Below are positions 60,641-64,000 of a stretch of 64,000 nucleotides of DNA, one piece after another. The notes beneath the pieces are model-generated. The model was not told the origin of the DNA and made no database searches. It saw only the letters and a program-made list of their open reading frames with translations. The translations under genes and the position numbers were made by a program. How positions within the stretch are numbered: the first letter of the stretch is position 1; each line of letters opens with the position of its first letter. The DNA lies in NCBI GenBank assembly GCA_023229525.1, contig JALNZC010000009.1, forward strand, positions 1,282 to 65,281, read 5' to 3'. This DNA is from Bacteroidales bacterium (GTDB taxonomy: Bacteria; Bacteroidota; Bacteroidia; Bacteroidales; FEN-979).

Positions 60641-62235
60641 GATCTTTTCTTTTTTAAACGTAAGAAAAACAGCGGTACCGAACTCAGGAGCGTGATCCCG
60701 GCGGCAAGCATGAAGTCGTCGCATACAGCTTGTATGAACGCCTGTTTGCTTACATTCGACATCAGCAGGATCTGCCCCTGACGCGTCGCCATGGAGCCGA
60801 TACTGCCGGCCGTCCTTACCAGGAAATCGCCGAGGTGAGCCGCGGTTGCCCTGAATACCGGGGAGTTCGGGTTGAGACCTTCCCCGTACAGCTGTGAGTG
60901 GTATATGTTTCTTGTGGTCAGCATGGTCGAGAGAAGAGCAACCCCGAAACTTCCGCCTACCTGTCGGATTACATTGATGATGCCCGAGGCCTGGCCCATC
61001 TTTACAATCGGAACATCCAGTGTAGCGACGGCGGTAAGCGGACTGAACATGAGGCCCATGGCTACTCCACGCATGTACATGGCGGTCATGATATAGCTCT
61101 GCTCGGTAAACAGCGACAGGAAGCCGTTCAGGTAAAAACTAAGGGCCAGCAGGAGTGCTCCTGCGATAATGGGAAGCCTGAGATTGATCTTGTTGGAGAA
61201 GATCCCGGCCAAAGGAGCTGTGATCCCCTGTATGATCCCGACGGGAAGAAAGATCGCTCCTGCCTGTATGGCCGTGTAACCGAGGCCGTTCTGCAGGTAG
61301 ATAGGCAACAGAAAGGTACTCCCGAACATCCCGATCCCGAAAATAAAGATCACCAGGTTGCTCACAGCGAAGTTGAAGTTTTTGAACAGGCTCAGGTCGA
61401 TGAGAGGTTCCTTCACCATCAGCTCGGTTGTGATGAATACGGCAAAGGCGATGATTGAGATCCCGAAACATGCCAGTACCACCGGAGAATGCCATCCCGC
61501 TGAATTGGTCATCGCAGTGCCTTCGGTGAGTCCGTAAAGCAATACCGGTAAAAAGATGCTCACCGAGATGAAACCCACGGCATCGAACGAACGGATATTC
61601 GGATTGCGATATTCTTTCTGAATGATGGCGGTGGCCAGCAAACCTGCTATTCCTATGGGAACGTTCACGTCGAAAATAAGGGGCCAGCTAAAGTTGTCGA
61701 TCAGGTATCCGCCTATGAGCGGCCCGAAGGAAACCGAGGCAGCCGAAGCGATTGACCAGAAACCCAATGCCACCGCCCGTTGTTCCCTGGGGAATTCCCG
61801 GGTGATGATCCCCATGCCCACAGGCATCAGCGCCCCGGCGCCTAATCCCTGGATCACCCGCGAGAAGATCAGGATGTCTTCGGTGGATGAATATCCGCAG
61901 AGAAAGGAACCGAAAGTGAAGAAAGCCAGTCCCAGGAAATAGATCCTTTTATAGCCGAAACGGTCGGCCATCCAAGCCGAAGTCGGCAGCATTACGGCCA
62001 GGGCCAGCATGTATGCCGTGATGACCCATTCGATCTTATCGAGCCCCACGCCGAAGGATGCCATGATCTTCGGAAGACCTACATTGACGATGGTCGCGTC
62101 AAGTACCGCCATGAAGGTCCCAATCATGATGTTTGCCAGCAGCCACCATTTGTAGCTGGGGCTGGCGGTATCGAAGGTGGCGTTCTGCGCCTTGATGAAA
62201 TCGATGAAATGCCTGTGGGGTTTTAACAATGACAT
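60637..62235 (-). CDS. DHA2 (EmrB/QacA) MFS efflux transporter
   Basis: GTFMAVLDATIVNV.LP, W.ADRFG, RVIQGLG.G, GPLIGGY, RQVGGSFG. Confidence 0.95.
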   Translation of the reverse strand: MSLLKPHRHFIDFIKAQNATFDTASPSYKWWLLANIMIGTFMAVLDATIVNVGLPKIMASFGVGLDKIEWVITAYMLALAVMLPTSAWMADRFGYKRIYFLGLAFFTFGSFLCGYSSTEDILIFSRVIQGLGAGALMPVGMGIITREFPREQRAVALGFWSIASAASVSFGPLIGGYLIDNFSWPLIFDVNVPIGIAGLLATAIIQKEYRNPNIRSFDAVGFISVSIFLPVLLYGLTEGTAMTNSAGWHSPVVLACFGISIIAFAVFITTELMVKEPLIDLSLFKNFNFAVSNLVIFIFGIGMFGSTFLLPIYLQNGLGYTAIQAGAIFLPVGIIQGITAPLAGIFSNKINLRLPIIAGALLLALSFYLNGFLSLFTEQSYIMTAMYMRGVAMGLMFSPLTAVATLDVPIVKMGQASGIINVIRQVGGSFGVALLSTMLTTRNIYHSQLYGEGLNPNSPVFRATAAHLGDFLVRTAGSIGSMATRQGQILLMSNVSKQAFIQAVCDDFMLAAGITLLSSVPLFFLRLKKKRS

Positions 62236-62236
62236 C

Positions 62237-63253
62237 TTACCTGCGGATCTTTACAACGACCGACATGCCTGAGACAAGGCGTTTTGTAATTGTGCTGTCC
62301 CTGCTGTCGGAACTTTTAATGGATATCTTGATCGGGATGCGCTGGGTTACCTTGGTGAAGTTCCCCGAAGCGTTGTTTGGAGGGATAAGCGAGAACTGGC
62401 CTGCGGTATTTGTCGAAATGTTATATATGTTCCCGCTGAATTTCACTCCCGGGAACGCGTCTATTGTGAATTCGGCCTGCTGCCCCTCATGCATCCCCCC
62501 TACCTTTGTCTCTTCGAAAAAAGCCAGTACCCACTTCAGGGAATCGCGTGTGATGGTGAATACCGACTGCCCCGGCTGAAGGACGTCACCGGGCAGCAAC
62601 CAGCGTTTTGCTATCCTGCCTGCCGAAGGTGCGTAAACGCGGGTGTTGCTGAGCTGGGTTTCGATGGTCCCGATCTGGGCAACTGCTGTGCGTATGCTCA
62701 CTTCGGCGCTCTCAACCTGGGTTTTCCCCACTGCAAGCTGGGCTTGGGATGCATCAAGCTGGGCCTGGGCCGCTTCAAAGGCTTTTTTCAGGTGGTCGTA
62801 CTGTTCTTCGGAGATCACCTTGCCCTCATACTGCACCGTAGCCCTGTCCATATCCTCCCTGGCACGGGCCAGGCCGATCTCCTGGACTTTCGCATTTTTC
62901 TGGTCCAACTCCTGTTTGGCTTGGGCCTGGTGAAGAGCGGCGATGCTCTGGTCCTTCACGGCTGAAGCCTGAATCTTCTGAGAAACGAGATCGCTGCTGT
63001 CGAGCACTACCAGGAGCTGCCCTGCACTGACGGTATCGCCTTCATCGGCAAAGACATTCGTTATCCTACCCGGGATCTTCGAGCTTACTGCCACCCTGTC
63101 GGTGTCTATATAAGCGTCGTCGGTGGAATAATATTTCGAGAATTCGCGGTAATAATAGAATGCGACTGCGAGAACAGCCAGGATGACAAGCGTAAGCGCC
63201 GTGTAGGCCCTGAGCTTTCTTAAATGCTTTGATGGAGTTTTAGTATCAGACAT
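62237..63253 (-). CDS. EmrA/HlyD periplasmic adaptor
   Basis: STDDAY, FSLIPPNNASGNFTKVTQRIP, GMSV.V. Confidence 0.95.
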   Translation of the reverse strand: MSDTKTPSKHLRKLRAYTALTLVILAVLAVAFYYYREFSKYYSTDDAYIDTDRVAVSSKIPGRITNVFADEGDTVSAGQLLVVLDSSDLVSQKIQASAVKDQSIAALHQAQAKQELDQKNAKVQEIGLARAREDMDRATVQYEGKVISEEQYDHLKKAFEAAQAQLDASQAQLAVGKTQVESAEVSIRTAVAQIGTIETQLSNTRVYAPSAGRIAKRWLLPGDVLQPGQSVFTITRDSLKWVLAFFEETKVGGMHEGQQAEFTIDAFPGVKFSGNIYNISTNTAGQFSLIPPNNASGNFTKVTQRIPIKISIKSSDSRDSTITKRLVSGMSVVVKIRR

Positions 63254-63271
63254 AATATGAAAATTGAATTG

Positions 63272-63892
63272 TCATTTTATAAGACTTTTAACGAACAACT
63301 GGAGGAACTGCCTTTGCTTCCCGGCAATAGCTTCGAAATCTTCCGCCGAGATCTCGGGGAAGGGCTTGTTCTGAGCAGTTACCATCCTAAGTCCGTGCAG
63401 GACCTCCAGGAAAAGAAGCGCAGTCCCTTCCTCGTCACTGCAACTAAACTGTCCCGTTTCCCTGCCTTTCCTGAGAATACCTGTGATAAGCCCTGCCTCC
63501 TCCCTCCTGAGGCGGGTCTTCAGGTCCCTGAATTGGGTGTTGAACTGGCTGATGTTTGAGATGCGCAAACGGGTGAGGTTTACGAAGGTCCTGAAGAAAT
63601 CATGTCTCAGGCTTACATACTCCTGAAGCATATGGTCGGTACGCTTCAACCTTTGGGTCATTTTTCTCACCAATGAGAAGAACTCTTCCATCTCACTCTC
63701 CACCACTGCCGAAAACAGGCTCTCTTTATCGGGAAAATAATAATAAAGAGTCGCTTTGGATATCCTGAGATCAGCCGCGATCTCCTGCATGGTCGTCTTC
63801 TCGAACCCGTATGTGCCTATTCTTTTGCGGGCCGCTTCGAGAATGGTCTCAAGCTTCGCCCTGTTCTCCCCGTCGTGAATAATAGCCACCAT
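63272..63892 (-). CDS. TetR-family regulator
   Basis: ILEAA..GFEKTTMQEIA..ISKATLYYYFPDKE.LF. Confidence 0.95.
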   Translation of the reverse strand: MVAIIHDGENRAKLETILEAARKRIGTYGFEKTTMQEIAADLRISKATLYYYFPDKESLFSAVVESEMEEFFSLVRKMTQRLKRTDHMLQEYVSLRHDFFRTFVNLTRLRISNISQFNTQFRDLKTRLRREEAGLITGILRKGRETGQFSCSDEEGTALLFLEVLHGLRMVTAQNKPFPEISAEDFEAIAGKQRQFLQLFVKSLIK

Positions 63893-63910
63893 AAGATACA
63901 GTATTGACTG

Positions 63911-63941
63911 TTTGACTATTTAATTTAACGGGTCAAAGATA
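63911..63941 (-). promoter_or_regulatory. Promoter -7 element overlapped by a putative TetR operator
   Basis: TATCTTTG (63934-41, - strand) overlaps the inverted repeat TTTGAC-N15-GTCAAA (63911-37). Confidence 0.55.
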
Positions 63942-64000
63942 AAAAATATTTTCAGTCCGGAAAAAATGTTTTTCCGGTCAATGTCCGGCACCATTCAGGA

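Noticed and set aside
129..63559. Numerous 60-190-aa antisense or alternative-frame ORFs in the track
   Set aside because: They are shadows of well-supported genes and show no independent motifs.

Overview
Bacteroidota chromosomal segment, probably from an anaerobic Bacteroidales-type organism. The assignment rests on T9SS C-terminal domains, many TTTG-N19-21-TAnnTTTG promoters and the rpmG-bL38(DUF4295)-ftsY-rimO order. From left to right it contains: ogt; a minus-strand glycosidase run (GH172/DUF2961, two MGH1/GH63-like enzymes, a GDE-like enzyme) interrupted by two plus-strand T9SS cargo genes, one a frameshifted ~1,880-aa repeat protein with a cohesin-like domain; housekeeping genes (aat, xerD, rpmG, ftsY, rimO, clpS); a BtuB/BtuG-like cobalamin-uptake locus; a steroid 5-alpha-reductase pair; an IS5-family element truncating an anaerobic ergothioneine (EanB-EanA) locus that also carries an in-frame TAG; an ECF-FecR-STN module with no TonB-dependent barrel; a LytS/LytTR pair; and a TetR-EmrAB-TolC efflux operon. 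The strongest candidate for something undescribed is a ~320-nt GC-rich, GNRA-tetraloop-rich, stand-alone structured RNA at ~38278-38596. It has a consensus promoter and a 3' hairpin, and it matches no RNA family I can recognise. Also notable is a family of 7-8-nt tandem repeats that are C-rich on the + strand, one of them inserted in frame in a glycosidase gene. All family assignments come from motif recognition by eye; no database search was run.
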